Positions 21,721-32,193 of a DNA stretch of 64,000 nt are shown here, in pieces. Within the stretch, counting starts at the first letter, position 1. Each line of letters starts with the position of its first letter. Origin of the DNA: Candidatus Marinacidobacterales bacterium (lineage in GTDB: Bacteria > Acidobacteriota > Vicinamibacteria > Marinacidobacterales > DATDRI01); assembly GCA_965219415.1 (NCBI GenBank), contig OZ244742.1, positions 64,001-128,000 of the forward strand, given 5' to 3'. Both the position numbers and the translations under genes were made by a program. The notes beneath the pieces are model-generated. The model made no database searches. It was given only the letters and a program-made list of their open reading frames with translations, and was not told the origin of the DNA.

Positions 21721-22245
21721 ATGCGATACTTTCAACACGTAGCCCTATGGGCCGTGCCGGTGATGATTGCCATCCTGGCCGCTGCCACAAGTGGACTGGT
21801 GGCGGCTCAAGAAGCCCCTCGCCAGTTTTACTCCGTCAAGCGCCTGGTATCCGATTCCGAACGGGATCGAGATGAAGGACTTCAGCAAAGAATCCATCAG
21901 GTACGACTTTCGTTCATGGAACGAGAGACCGAGCTCCTGGAAGAGTGCTTCAGCGGCAAGAAGGTGTTCATCTCCTTGAGATCGAAAAAGACCGAGCCGG
22001 GGTACTACACCCGCAGCCAGCTTCACTTTATTTTCGACAATCTTTTCGAGGATTTGCAGACCCGCACTTTCAAGTACTCGCCAGCCGACATCAGCATCTC
22101 CAAAGACGGAAGGGCCTTCTTCCGTTCCGAGTGGACCTACATGGTGCTGGGATCGGACACGGTCGTGACCGAGCATCTGCATTTTTCGTTCGAGAAGGAG
22201 AAGGGCGCCTGGCGAATCTTCGAGCTCAAGTCTGTCTCTAAGTAA
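21721..22245 (+). CDS. exported hypothetical protein, possibly DUF4783/NTF2-like
   Basis: Signal peptide (LVAAQE); GYYTRSQLHFIF and FEKEKGAWRI resemble NTF2-like proteins; start uncertain (21682-21721). Confidence 0.6.
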   Translation: MRYFQHVALWAVPVMIAILAAATSGLVAAQEAPRQFYSVKRLVSDSERDRDEGLQQRIHQVRLSFMERETELLEECFSGKKVFISLRSKKTEPGYYTRSQLHFIFDNLFEDLQTRTFKYSPADISISKDGRAFFRSEWTYMVLGSDTVVTEHLHFSFEKEKGAWRIFELKSVSK

Positions 22246-22312
22246 CCTGAGATCTGGCTGGGCCCCTTGGTCTGGCGCCCCCGTCTGGTAAAGAACTCGC
22301 GCCCACGGAAGT

Positions 22313-25300
22313 ATGAAAACCCTCACCCTACCCTCTCCCGGAGGGAGAGGGAATGACGGAAGGAAGCCAACGTCCACTACCCTGGCCGCCCGCGTTGCTC
22401 TCTCCATTGCTTTCCTGGTCTTCCTCACGACGCTGGCGGACGTGGCTTCTGGCCACGCTCTGCTCCCACTCCAGGGAGCCGTCGTCGTTGTCCTCCTTTC
22501 GATCGTCGCACTGGCTACTCTAGCCCGCTCGGTGGATTTCCGTCACCAGCCCGTTCCCTTCGTGCTCTCGGCCAGTGTTCTGCTAGCGCTCGCCATTCGC
22601 TTCGGTGGGTACGAAACCGTCGCCCAACGCTCACCCGAAGAGTGGACGGAGCTCAACCAACAGTATGGCGAATCGCTTGCGACACGAGTGTCAGAGCGCT
22701 TCGCTGACTTGAGCCACCGTGCGCGCCTCATCGCGAAACGGCTCGCCGGGGAGCCAGACCTTCTCGAGGCGGTCGCCGAATCGGAGACGCGCGAGGTCGT
22801 CGCGGCCGCGTTCCAAAAACTGGAAAACACGCGTCTCCCCCAGCCACTGGCACAGAACATCGAGGCGACCCCCGGCGCCGTCCTCTACGACCGATACCTC
22901 GACCCTCTGGCCTGGACGGGTAAGACGGTCGACCTCGCGCCCTACTTCGAGACCCTCGAGGGGGAAGCAATTAGTCAGGTTTTCATTTTCGAGCAAGGTG
23001 TCTTCACCCACTTGGTTGTGATCGAACCGCTGGCCAGCGGGAATGGAAGCCTCAGTATCGAGATCCCCCTCGATGCGCGCCGCCGCATCGACAATCGCTA
23101 CCTTAGCGACTTCGACGTCGTTAGTAGTTGGTCCGGCAAGAGCGTGTCGACGGATTTCGTCGACGTTCGTGAAACGGCACCTGAGCTCACTCTCTTCTTC
23201 GATAGAAGCGGTGACCGCTACTGGGGGGGTACCGAGCTAGCTCCGGTTTTCTACTTCCCGCTTCGTCCCCCTTCGGGTGAGTTGCTGGGTGTCGTGTCCC
23301 TGGCAGCCGAAGCTCCCGCCGCCGCGCTGCTCGAACGCCGGCGCGCCACCCAACACGTAGCCGGCCTCAGCCTAACCCTGGCAGCGCTCTTCACCGTCAT
23401 TTGGTTAGGCATCAAGCTTTGGCGCCGCTACACCGCCATCAACGCGTTGGTTTTCGTGGGTGGTTTGTGGGGACTACGATTGATCCTCTCGTCGGCCCGG
23501 CTGCCCTTGGGCTTCGGCACCGCACTCGACAACCCCGCCCACTATGCGTCCGATCTTTTCTTCGACTTCTTCGGCTCACCCATAGACTTCTTCATAAGCG
23601 GTCTATTCATCCTCTTGTCGGTGGTCACGCTTTGTTTTCCCGTCCTTGCGAAGCGAGGCGGGCAAGCCCACCGTCCCCGGGGTTGGCTAAGCACCCTTCT
23701 GGCTCACGGGTCGACACGTGTGGCCGCGCTCGCTCTACTGCTCCTGACTTTGGGAATCCTTTCGGACACATGGAGCAATTCCAACCTGCCCTTGGCGTCG
23801 CCGGGCCTCATTCCACCGGCTCTGTCTCGCTTGGCCGTGCAACTGGCGTTGCTCACGCTGTTGTTCACTACGGGGATCTTGATCGTCTCGCTCATCGCGC
23901 TCGTCGAAAGGATGAGCAAGGGGGGCCACGGCCGTTCGCTCGATAGGCTTGCTCGGTATTGGGCGTTGGACCTCCTGGTTTTCGCTTTCGCCTATTCCAT
24001 CGTCGCGCGGGGCGCCGAGTCAGCGACTCTCCCGCTCGCGCTGCCGCTCTTGTTGGCCTTCGAATTCTTGGCTTTCGCTCGGGCTGGGTTCGTCACCAAA
24101 CTACAGCAAGGCGGTGTCTATTCCCGGTTTGCGGCGCTCTTTCTCGCCCTTTTCGTGCCGGTTCTCGCGTTTTACCCCGCGATCGCCTACTACGAGAACC
24201 GCGTCGCCCGAGATTTCATTCAAGGGACGGTGGCTCCGCTCGTACTTCACCAAGGTGATTCCCAGCTCTACGTCATGCGTGAGACGTTGAGGACGATCGA
24301 GCGTATGCAGTCGGCCGGACAACTCGCCGCGGCGGACCGCGACCAGATAGCGTATCGAGTGTGGTCGGAGTCGGATCTCTCTGTTTTCGCATTGAGCTCG
24401 GCGGTCGACGTGTTCGACGAGGAGGGGACGCTGGTTTCCCGTTTCGCGCTCAATTTCCCAGACACCGAGCTCGGTTGGCACCAGCCGGAAGGTCCGCCTC
24501 CGGAAGAATGGCTTATCGACGAGGAGACCTACCCGGGAGAGCCCAACCGCCCACGAGTGTTCCACGCCCGCCGGGGATTCCCCACCGAGGACGGGAGCCA
24601 ATGGGACTTTCAGGTTCGGTTAGTGGCGGACTGGAGCAATTTGGCTTTCATCGCGACTCGGAGCCCGTACGTGGACTTGTTTCGCTCTCCCGCCGCGGAG
24701 ACTCCCCTGCCATTCTCGCATCGAGAACTAACACTCTACGTGTTCGATGGAGACGGTAGCCGGATTTTTCCGCACGAGCCGACGCTCTCACTCGACTTGA
24801 TGGACTCGGGAGCGAAAGATTCGGCGGAATCCGAGCCTCGGTGGGTCGAGCAATATCTGGAGGCCAATCGTTATTACACTCTGATCTTTTCCGATTCCCA
24901 GTACGTGTACGCTCTCGCCTTTCCCGCGAAGCCATGGCTGGGATACGGGGCCGATGTTGCGGGCTGGGCGATTCTCGTTGCACTCATCACCTTGGCCTTG
25001 TTGTCAATCCCCATGTGGATCGGGCTGTTAGGTGGTCCGAAAACCCTCCGCCCGAGTGACGTGTGGGCCGAGGTCGGGACGAGTTTCTACGGCAAGCTCT
25101 TCGTCGCCTTCGTTCTCCTTGCGCTCATCCCCATCGCATCTCTCGCGTTTCTAGTGCGCGGGATCATGGTCCAACAACTCCAACAAGACGTAGAGCAAGA
25201 GGGCATCGCGCGTGCGAGAGTCGTCAGTCGCTTCGTCCGTGACTACCTTTTGCTCGACAGAATCGACGCCAGCGAAAGAGGCGTCGCCGCGGTGAGCGAC

Positions 25301-26560
25301 CCTCTATTGGAATGGGTCAGCAGCCTCGTCAAGGCCGACGTCGATCTGTATAGCCGGGGCGAACTGGTAGCGACCAGCGAAAGAGAGCTCTTCGACAGCG
25401 GACTCCTTCCCACCCGCGCTGTCCCCGCGGTCTATCGAGAGGTCGTCTTGGCGCGCGCCAACCACTCCATCCACCACGAGTCCGTGGGGGCGTTCCAGTA
25501 TTTAGTGGTGTCGGTTCCCATCGAGCTCGAGCGTTGGCGGGAACCGGGAATCTTGTCCCTTCCATTGACGAGTCGGCAACGCGAGTCCGACGAACGCGTG
25601 GCAGCGCTCAATCAAATGGTCCTGTTGGCCGCATTATGTTTTTTCTTGATCGCGGCGGCGTTGGCCTATTTGTTGGCGCGCAGGATCGCCGGCCCCATCA
25701 ACACCCTGACCGCCACCACCCAAAGCGTGGCGCAAGGCGACTTCGACGTGAGCCTGGATACTTCCTCACGGGATGAGATCGGTGCCCTCTTCCGAAGCTT
25801 CAACCAAATGACGACCAACTTGAAACGTCAGCGCGAGCACCTCGAGCGGACTAAGAAGCTCGAAGCTTGGGCGGAGATGGCCCGCCAAGTCGCACACGAA
25901 ATCAAAAACCCTCTTACGCCGATTCAGCTCTCTACCGAGCATCTTTTGCGCGTCTATCAGGACCCGGACGTCGATTTCGATGAAGTGCTGAAGGGCTGCT
26001 CCGATACGATCCTGGCGCAAATACAGACCCTCCGCAGGATCTCGATGGAGTTCTCCTCCTTCGCATCTCCGTTTCCGCTCAGCCCCGAGCCCACGGACCT
26101 GGAGCGGTTGCTCAAAGAGACCCTCGAGCCTTACCGGCAGGCACCTCCGCCAGGAGTGAGCATCGAAATTGACGCATCGCCTTCCCTTCCGACGATCACC
26201 GTGGATCGGCGGATCATCCAGCGCGCGGTGATCAACTTGGTGGAGAACTCGTTGAACGCCTTGAACGGCGGCGGCGGCGTGTCCGTCTCGTTGCGCCCAA
26301 GCCATTCGGACGGACAGGACTGGGTGGAGATGGAGATCTCCGACACCGGAGCGGGGATCGATCGGGAAACGCTCGCGCGCATCTTCGAGCCTTACTTTTC
26401 GACCCGCGCCGCGGGGACAGGGCTCGGGCTCGCCATCGTGCGCAAGGCAGTGGAAGAGCACGGGGGAGACATTTCCGTGGAGAGTGAGACCGGAAGGGGC
26501 ACGCGCGTACTTGTAAAACTTCCCGTGGAGCCTGGGCAAGACAAAACCGACGCCAGTTGA
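22313..26560 (+). CDS. large multi-TM HAMP sensor histidine kinase (NtrY-like)
   Basis: HAMP (DEIGAL..SFNQM), H-box WAEMARQVAHEIKNPLTPI, NLVENS, DTGAGI, FEPYFST, GTGLGL. Confidence 0.92.
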   Translation: MKTLTLPSPGGRGNDGRKPTSTTLAARVALSIAFLVFLTTLADVASGHALLPLQGAVVVVLLSIVALATLARSVDFRHQPVPFVLSASVLLALAIRFGGYETVAQRSPEEWTELNQQYGESLATRVSERFADLSHRARLIAKRLAGEPDLLEAVAESETREVVAAAFQKLENTRLPQPLAQNIEATPGAVLYDRYLDPLAWTGKTVDLAPYFETLEGEAISQVFIFEQGVFTHLVVIEPLASGNGSLSIEIPLDARRRIDNRYLSDFDVVSSWSGKSVSTDFVDVRETAPELTLFFDRSGDRYWGGTELAPVFYFPLRPPSGELLGVVSLAAEAPAAALLERRRATQHVAGLSLTLAALFTVIWLGIKLWRRYTAINALVFVGGLWGLRLILSSARLPLGFGTALDNPAHYASDLFFDFFGSPIDFFISGLFILLSVVTLCFPVLAKRGGQAHRPRGWLSTLLAHGSTRVAALALLLLTLGILSDTWSNSNLPLASPGLIPPALSRLAVQLALLTLLFTTGILIVSLIALVERMSKGGHGRSLDRLARYWALDLLVFAFAYSIVARGAESATLPLALPLLLAFEFLAFARAGFVTKLQQGGVYSRFAALFLALFVPVLAFYPAIAYYENRVARDFIQGTVAPLVLHQGDSQLYVMRETLRTIERMQSAGQLAAADRDQIAYRVWSESDLSVFALSSAVDVFDEEGTLVSRFALNFPDTELGWHQPEGPPPEEWLIDEETYPGEPNRPRVFHARRGFPTEDGSQWDFQVRLVADWSNLAFIATRSPYVDLFRSPAAETPLPFSHRELTLYVFDGDGSRIFPHEPTLSLDLMDSGAKDSAESEPRWVEQYLEANRYYTLIFSDSQYVYALAFPAKPWLGYGADVAGWAILVALITLALLSIPMWIGLLGGPKTLRPSDVWAEVGTSFYGKLFVAFVLLALIPIASLAFLVRGIMVQQLQQDVEQEGIARARVVSRFVRDYLLLDRIDASERGVAAVSDPLLEWVSSLVKADVDLYSRGELVATSERELFDSGLLPTRAVPAVYREVVLARANHSIHHESVGAFQYLVVSVPIELERWREPGILSLPLTSRQRESDERVAALNQMVLLAALCFFLIAAALAYLLARRIAGPINTLTATTQSVAQGDFDVSLDTSSRDEIGALFRSFNQMTTNLKRQREHLERTKKLEAWAEMARQVAHEIKNPLTPIQLSTEHLLRVYQDPDVDFDEVLKGCSDTILAQIQTLRRISMEFSSFASPFPLSPEPTDLERLLKETLEPYRQAPPPGVSIEIDASPSLPTITVDRRIIQRAVINLVENSLNALNGGGGVSVSLRPSHSDGQDWVEMEISDTGAGIDRETLARIFEPYFSTRAAGTGLGLAIVRKAVEEHGGDISVESETGRGTRVLVKLPVEPGQDKTDAS
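22320..22351. repeat. REP-like palindrome CCCTCACCCTACCCTCTCCCGGAGGGAGAGGG
   Basis: Perfect 9-bp stem CCCTCTCCC/GGGAGAGGG with GGA loop; resembles a widespread bacterial REP type. Confidence 0.75.
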
Positions 26561-26676
26561 ACTGCGTATCTGGACCGAGTTGCCTCACTCACCGGCCCCG
26601 TTACTTCGCTCCCCACCCAGAGGCCAAGCAAGGACCGGCAGGGAGGGCCGCTTCTGGCCAGAGCTATCTAGTCGGG

Positions 26677-26728
26677 ACCGCCGACCGCGACCCGGGGGTG
26701 TCTCGCACCGACCAGGGGCGCGGGCGGT
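26677..26728. repeat. GC-rich imperfect hairpin between convergent genes (REP-like or terminator)
   Basis: ACCGCC/GGCGGT outer and GGTG/CACC inner stems; no clear U-tract. Confidence 0.4.
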
Positions 26729-26752
26729 AGGCCCTGCTTTCTCCAATGCAGA

Positions 26753-27680
26753 CTACGCCGGACAGTTAACGATCGGCGCGAGTGGCACGTCGGTGTCGTC
26801 AGCGATGACGGTATCCTTGCTGATGACCTCGCCGTTGCCGATGCGGACGCGGTCGCCGAGCTGGACATCTTTTTGGATGGTGGCGTCAGTACCGATCATC
26901 GTGTCGTTGCCGATGATTGCGCCCGAGTTGACCGACGTGCCATCACCAATACAGACTCCGTTCCCGATCGTCACATCCTTCGTGATCACCACGCCCGCAC
27001 CTAAGATGACATCGTTGCCCACGTTGGCGCCCTTATCGATGATCGCGCCGTCCCCGATGATGACGCCGTCCCCGAGCATGACATCGTCTGCGATGACCGC
27101 ATCCAGCGCCACGCAGGCATCACCAAATCCGTCCATGTTGTCGTCCGTAGGCGATGTTTCCCTGAAGTATGTTCCTGGGCGAGGAAAGATCTAGGCGAAA
27201 ACCCTCGCCCAAATGGTTGAAGGCCTGGTTCCTCTGGAGGGTGTTCCCGGACGAATCATTGAGCACGAAACCCCGGCCCGTGGAGTTACCGAGCCCCCAG
27301 GCCGCGTTGTCAGTGAGTGTGTTCCCAGAGGAACCGTTGAGGAAGAAGCCCCTCTGGAAGCGCATAACCAGGCAGTTCTTTACTGTGACCCCAGTCCTCC
27401 CGGAGATGGTAATGCCGATCCCACTGCCGGGTCCCATGACCAGATGGCCAGCGCAATCCAGGATTACACCATCGGCTGTAAAGGAGATCGTACCGTTGTG
27501 CTGCTCCGTGAGAGTCGTGTCCGCCGCTATAGAAAGGTGGCCGGTAGTTGCGCTCACGGACGACGATATAGTTATCGCCGCAAGAAGCAGGACCAGAACG
27601 GAACAGAGACTTCCAGCGCCACCGTTCGGTACGCCGGGGAAGCCTTGCTTAGTGATTAAGGGGGATATCGGCTCACGCAT
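26753..27680 (-). pseudogene. exported right-handed beta-helix (NosD-like) plus hexapeptide-repeat protein, frameshifted near 27150
   Basis: Signal-like segment, ILDCAGH, SSGNTL..N repeats; then in another frame DDNMDGFGDAC and (V/I)-x-I-G-x-x hexapeptide repeats. Confidence 0.7.
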
Positions 27681-27786
27681 CACCAAAGTTTGTCGCGCAA
27701 AAAGTAGGACTGCGTCCGGACAGAGTGGACTCGCCGGCACCCCGGTTTCGGCGGGTGCCAAGTCGCATCGAGCTCGGTCCGACACC

Positions 27787-28350
27787 TTACGGGACGATAC
27801 AGATGGAATCGCTTCCCTGTATGAGCGTGCCATCGAACAGTTCGCCGGTGACGGTGGCTGTGGTGTCGCCAGGGGAGAAAGCGCCATCGCTGTCCTCGAT
27901 CTTCGTCAAACCCGTCTCCATTGACGTCTTCGACGTGGGCCAGGAGCTTATTGCTCTTGCCCACGACCCTGACGGCAATACTCTCTAGTTTCACCGTCGC
28001 TGCGTCGACCTGCGTTACGTCGAAATCGACGCTTCCCAGGATGGCAACTGGGATAGCCCCATGGCCGTTGTTGTTGAAACAGTTGGGGTCGCTGCCCGGT
28101 TTGATGTCGATGTCGACGGTGATGATGTCCGGAAGAATGCGCCACTCAAACGTTCCCACTAAGTTGGCGTCTCTATTCGAAATACCGCCGGTGGAAGTCA
28201 AGCTCGAGTTGTTGGTAATTCTCACTGTGTAAGTGCTGCCTTGGACAACCGGCTTTGTAATTGTCCCGGTCGTTCCGATCGCCATGGGGGCGGTTTCGGG
28301 CAGCGGCATCCCTGGTACGAACCAGTTGAAGTTAAATGGATTGAGTCCGG
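27787..28350 (-). pseudogene. 3' part of a beta-rich secreted-type protein with a DIDIKPG..PN..G.IPVAIL domain, interrupted by IS256
   Basis: VDIDIKPGSDPNCFN..GAIPVAILGS, EDVNGDGFD, then a frameshift or deletion near 27905 to KIEDSDG...GSDSICIVP*. Confidence 0.65.
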
Positions 28351-29685
28351 GAGTAACCTTCCGCGTCACGAAACACGGCGTGAAGGGGCCAACGGAAGGA
28401 GACACCGCCATGAAGGAAAAGACCACAAGACGACGGAGCTCGTCAAGGGTGGCTTGGGAGTCGCTGGAGAAGTGGGCGAGGCTCGAGATCCAGGATTGGG
28501 TGCAGGAGCTGATGGTAGCCGAAGTCACGGAGCTTCTCGGGCGTGAGAAATCGGAGAGACGGAAGCCCGTGGACACAACGGCGGGCTATCGAAATGGATA
28601 CGGTAAGCCTCGGAAGCTGACGATGAGCGTGGGCACGGTGACGGTTCGCCGGCCGAGAGTAGGGGACGTGGAGGAGAGGTTCGAAAGTCGAGTGCTTCCG
28701 CTGTTCAAGCGTCGGAGCGAAACGGTGAGCGAGTTGATTCCGGAGCTGTACCTGCATGGACTAGCTCACGGAGATTTCGATTTGGCGCTCCGCGGGCTTC
28801 TAGGGGAGGACGCTCCACTTTCTTCCAGCACGGTGGCGCGGCTGAAACAGAAATGGCAGGGAGAGTACGAGCAGTGGCTAGCTCGCCCACTGGACGAACT
28901 CGAGCTCGTGTCCCTGTGGGTAGATGGCGTGTACGTGAAGGCCGGCCTTGAGAAGGACAAGGCGGCGGTGCTAGTTGCGGTTGGTGGCCTGTCCGACGGG
29001 ACGAAAATCGTCCTGACGCTGGAGGCCGGGCATCGAGAATCCGAAGCGTCATGGTCGTCGCTGCTACGGAGACTGAAGAAGCGCGGTCTGAGATGTCCCC
29101 GTTTGGTGATCGGTGACGGTCATCTCGACATCTGGGCCGCGACCCGAAACGTATTTCCAGAAGCTGAGGAGCAGCGGTGCTGGAACCACCGAATCCTCAA
29201 CGTACTGGACCGGATTCCGAAAAGGGACCAGGCGCAGGCCAAGCCGCTGTTGACGGCGACCCCCTACCCCACCAGCCTGCAGGAGTGCGAGACGAAGAAG
29301 GCCAAGTTCCAGGATTGGTGCTTGCGCAAGGGTCTTCCGGGGGCCGCGCACGTGCTCGACGAGGACTGGGAGCGGATGGTCAGCTTCTATTCCTTTCCCA
29401 AGCCTCACTGGCAACACCTTCGCACGAGCAACGTCGTGGAATCACCGTTCGCTGCACTGAGATTGAGAACGGATGCGGCCAAAAGGTTCAAGAAAATCGA
29501 GTCCGCCACTGCGACAATCTTCAAACTGCTTCTGGTTGCGGAGAAGAATTTTCGCCGGCTCAACGCACCGGAGCTGATGCGAGAGGTTCACCTGGGCGTT
29601 CGATTTGAAGATGGAGACAGGGTAACGGAGTCGTCGAAGGTTGCTGCTGCCTGAACTTTTTTACACACCCTATTGACAAGAGCTC
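28351..29685 (+). mobile_element. IS256-family element 1 (left end unclear)
   Basis: Transposase plus an IS256-like right end TTTACACACCCTATTGACAAGAGCTC; matching left IR and target duplication not found. Confidence 0.8.
28410..29654 (+). CDS. IS256-family (Mutator-like) DDE transposase
   Basis: GYRNGYG, WVDGVY (D), IGDG (D), QRCWNH, RTSNVVES (E); AAGGAG RBS before the ATG at 28410. Confidence 0.93.
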   Translation: MKEKTTRRRSSSRVAWESLEKWARLEIQDWVQELMVAEVTELLGREKSERRKPVDTTAGYRNGYGKPRKLTMSVGTVTVRRPRVGDVEERFESRVLPLFKRRSETVSELIPELYLHGLAHGDFDLALRGLLGEDAPLSSSTVARLKQKWQGEYEQWLARPLDELELVSLWVDGVYVKAGLEKDKAAVLVAVGGLSDGTKIVLTLEAGHRESEASWSSLLRRLKKRGLRCPRLVIGDGHLDIWAATRNVFPEAEEQRCWNHRILNVLDRIPKRDQAQAKPLLTATPYPTSLQECETKKAKFQDWCLRKGLPGAAHVLDEDWERMVSFYSFPKPHWQHLRTSNVVESPFAALRLRTDAAKRFKKIESATATIFKLLLVAEKNFRRLNAPELMREVHLGVRFEDGDRVTESSKVAAA

Positions 29686-29953
29686 CTGGCGCTAACATCG
29701 AAGTCCAACGTGAATTCGCCGTCCTGGTCAGCGTCAAAAGTATACTGCCACCCATCCGGAGAGGTGAGTCCCTGAACAAAGGCGAGGCTGCCTTCGTCAC
29801 CCGGTACGTTTTCAGCTACCCAACCGGCACTCCACTGTAGCTGGCCACTGGCGGAGCTCGTCCATGTCGAGGTTGCATTGCCGGAGGCGATAGTGGAGCC
29901 GCCTCCACTTACTGATGAGGCACTTACCGAGACACTCAGCGGGTTGACGGTAC
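29686..29953 (-). pseudogene. upstream fragment of the IS-interrupted secreted-type protein; its N-terminus is lost at the IS256 element 2 boundary
   Basis: Ser/Thr/Gly-rich beta sequence ...WQYTFDADQDGEFTLDFDVSA running into the right end of element 1. Confidence 0.55.
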
Positions 29954-31320
29954 GGATCCGTCCCGCTTCCGTGGAAATAAGAATGGCGTAACCTCCGGTT
30001 AAGCAAAACGAAACCGCGCCTGGAAAGGCGAGGAGGAGGATTACGCCATGAAGAAGCCTTACCACCATATTGAAGGAGTCTGTAAGCGAGTACCGGGAGT
30101 TCGTCCAACTTCGGCTGCGTATGCGGGTACTGGAGGCGATCGAGGTTGTGCTCGAGGAAGAAGTCGACCAAGCGCTGGGGTGTTGTAGCTACGAGCGTGC
30201 GGAAGACCGCCGTGGATATCGCAACGGAGCCGAAACCCGTCGCGTGACGACGTCGGTGGGAACTCGCGAGCTCCGGGTGCCACGAGCCCGCGTGCGAGAC
30301 GAGGAAACGGGAGAAACGACAGAGTTCAGGAGCGAGCTGTTGCCCCGGTACGCGCGCCGGACTCGTGAGGTCGACGAGGCGCTCTTGGGGACGTACTTGT
30401 CGGGCGCGAATAGCCGCCGGGTCCGCAAAGCGCTGAAACCACTGCTCGGTGAGGAGCACCTATCGAAGAGCGCGGTGTCTCGCGTGGTTAGCCGGCTGAA
30501 GGAGCGCTTCGAGGAATGGCAGAACCGTGCTCTCAGCGAGGAGGTCTACGCGATCGTTTACCTGGACGGCTTCCACCTGAAAGTGCGGATGGCGAAACGT
30601 GTGATCAGCGTACCCGTACGGGTCGCGCTCAGGGTCGCGCCAGACGGGCACAAACGTCTGTTGTCATTGCGTCTGGCGGTGAGCGAAGCCTCGACGCATC
30701 GGGGCTCCGTGCTGGAGGGACTCCAGGCTCGAGGACTCCGGGCTCCCAAGCTAGTGATCAGCGACGGCCACAAGGGGCTGACGAAAGCGCTGGAGAAGTG
30801 GCCGGGGTGCCGGTTGCAGCGATGTACCGAGCACAAGCGCGCCAACTTGCTCCAACATTGCCCGGCGCACGCACGCCGTGAGCTCCGGCGTGACTACAAC
30901 CGGATCGTCTACGCCAAGAACGGGATCGATGCTCGCAAAGCCTATGACGAGCTCGTCGCCAAGTGGACGCCTCTCGCGCCGGCCGTCGTCCGAAGCCTAG
31001 AGGAGGCCGGTAATCAGCTGCTGACCTTCTACGAATTCCCTCGTGCCATGTGGAAATCGATTCGAACGACCAAAGCTCTGGAGAATCTCAACCGCGAGTT
31101 TCGACGCCGGACGAAAACCCAAGCGTCGTTCTCCAGCGAGGAGTCTGCGGTCGCTTTGCTGTTTGGGCTTATCGCCTCTGGCCAGATTCAACTACGACGC
31201 ATCGACGGCTACCAACGTCTGAGCGAGGTTCTCGAACACGCAAAGGTCACCGCCTGATATGATACTCTGATGACGGAGTGGAGGGCACCGTTCTTTTTCC
31301 ACGGACCTCGGGACACATCC
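29954..31320 (+). mobile_element. IS256-family element 2 (1367 bp)
   Basis: Imperfect ~33-bp IRs: GGATCCGTCCCGCTTCCGTGGAAATAAGAATGG versus reverse complement of right end GGATGTGTCCCGAGGTCCGTGGAAAAAGAACGG; no target duplication. Confidence 0.9.
30048..31257 (+). CDS. IS256-family transposase with an apparent +1 frameshift after codon 4 (main ORF 30070-31257)
   Basis: GYRNG, YLDGF, ISDGHKGL, QRCTEH, LENLNREFRRR; the RBS-led ATG at 30048 is out of frame by one T at 30059/30060. Confidence 0.88.
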
Positions 31321-31321
31321 C

Positions 31322-32160
31322 GAAAACGACCCCGCTGATCCGTTCGCCAACGCCGGGCTCGCGCTCGGCTACGCCATTCTCGGCCATGGCCCTGGAGAAA
31401 ACCCGCAAGAGGCCTTCGCACGAGCCAAGGCCGCCGCCGTCAGGGCGTTGGAACTGGATGACACGTTGGCCGAAGCTCACCTTGCTCTTGGTGACGTCAA
31501 GCTCTACTACGAATGGGATTGGCCGGGCGCGGAACGGGACTTGCGGCGTGCTCTGGAGCTCAACCCAAGCTTAGCCGAAGCTCACTACCACAACGCCTGG
31601 TATCTCGACTTGATGGGACGCCGGGACGAAGCCATTTCGGAGTTGAAGAGCGCCCAGGAACGGGATCCGCTTTCGCCACTCTTCCCAGCGTGGCTCGGGG
31701 CGTACTGTATGACGCAAGGGCAATACGATGAGGCGCTCGAGGAAGCCCGCAAATCTCTCGACCTCCATCCGAACTTTCCCGTTGGTCATCACTCCTTGGG
31801 AATGGTGTATGCACGAATGGAGATGTACAAGGAGGCGATCGCCGCGCATCAAAGGGCGGCGGCAATAGCCCCTCCTTTTAGAGGCTCCCTTGGCATTACC
31901 TACGCAGTGGCAGGCATGCCGGATGAGGCGCGGGAGGTCGTGGCAGCGATCGAAGCGGACGGTAACCCGGCGGACGCTTTGTCTCTAGCCCGTGTCTATG
32001 CCGCCCTCGGGAAAAGGATGAGGCCTTCCGGTACCTGGATACGGCCTACGAGCATCGCGTGACCTTTCTCCCTTGGCTCGAGGTCCTTCCTTTCCTCGAC
32101 GACCTGCGCGATGACAGCCGCTACGAAGAGTTGCTCCGTCGGTTGAATCTCTCGCAGTGA
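31322..32160 (+). pseudogene. TPR C-terminal fragment of a Ser/Thr kinase-TolB-like-TPR gene
   Basis: Begins mid-domain at the IS end (ENDPADPFA); ALELDDTLAEAH, WDWPGAE; frameshift near 32015; ends LRDDSRYEELLRRLNLSQ*. Confidence 0.85.
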
Positions 32161-32193
32161 TATACCCGAACATGGAGAGGGGAGTCAGACCCA

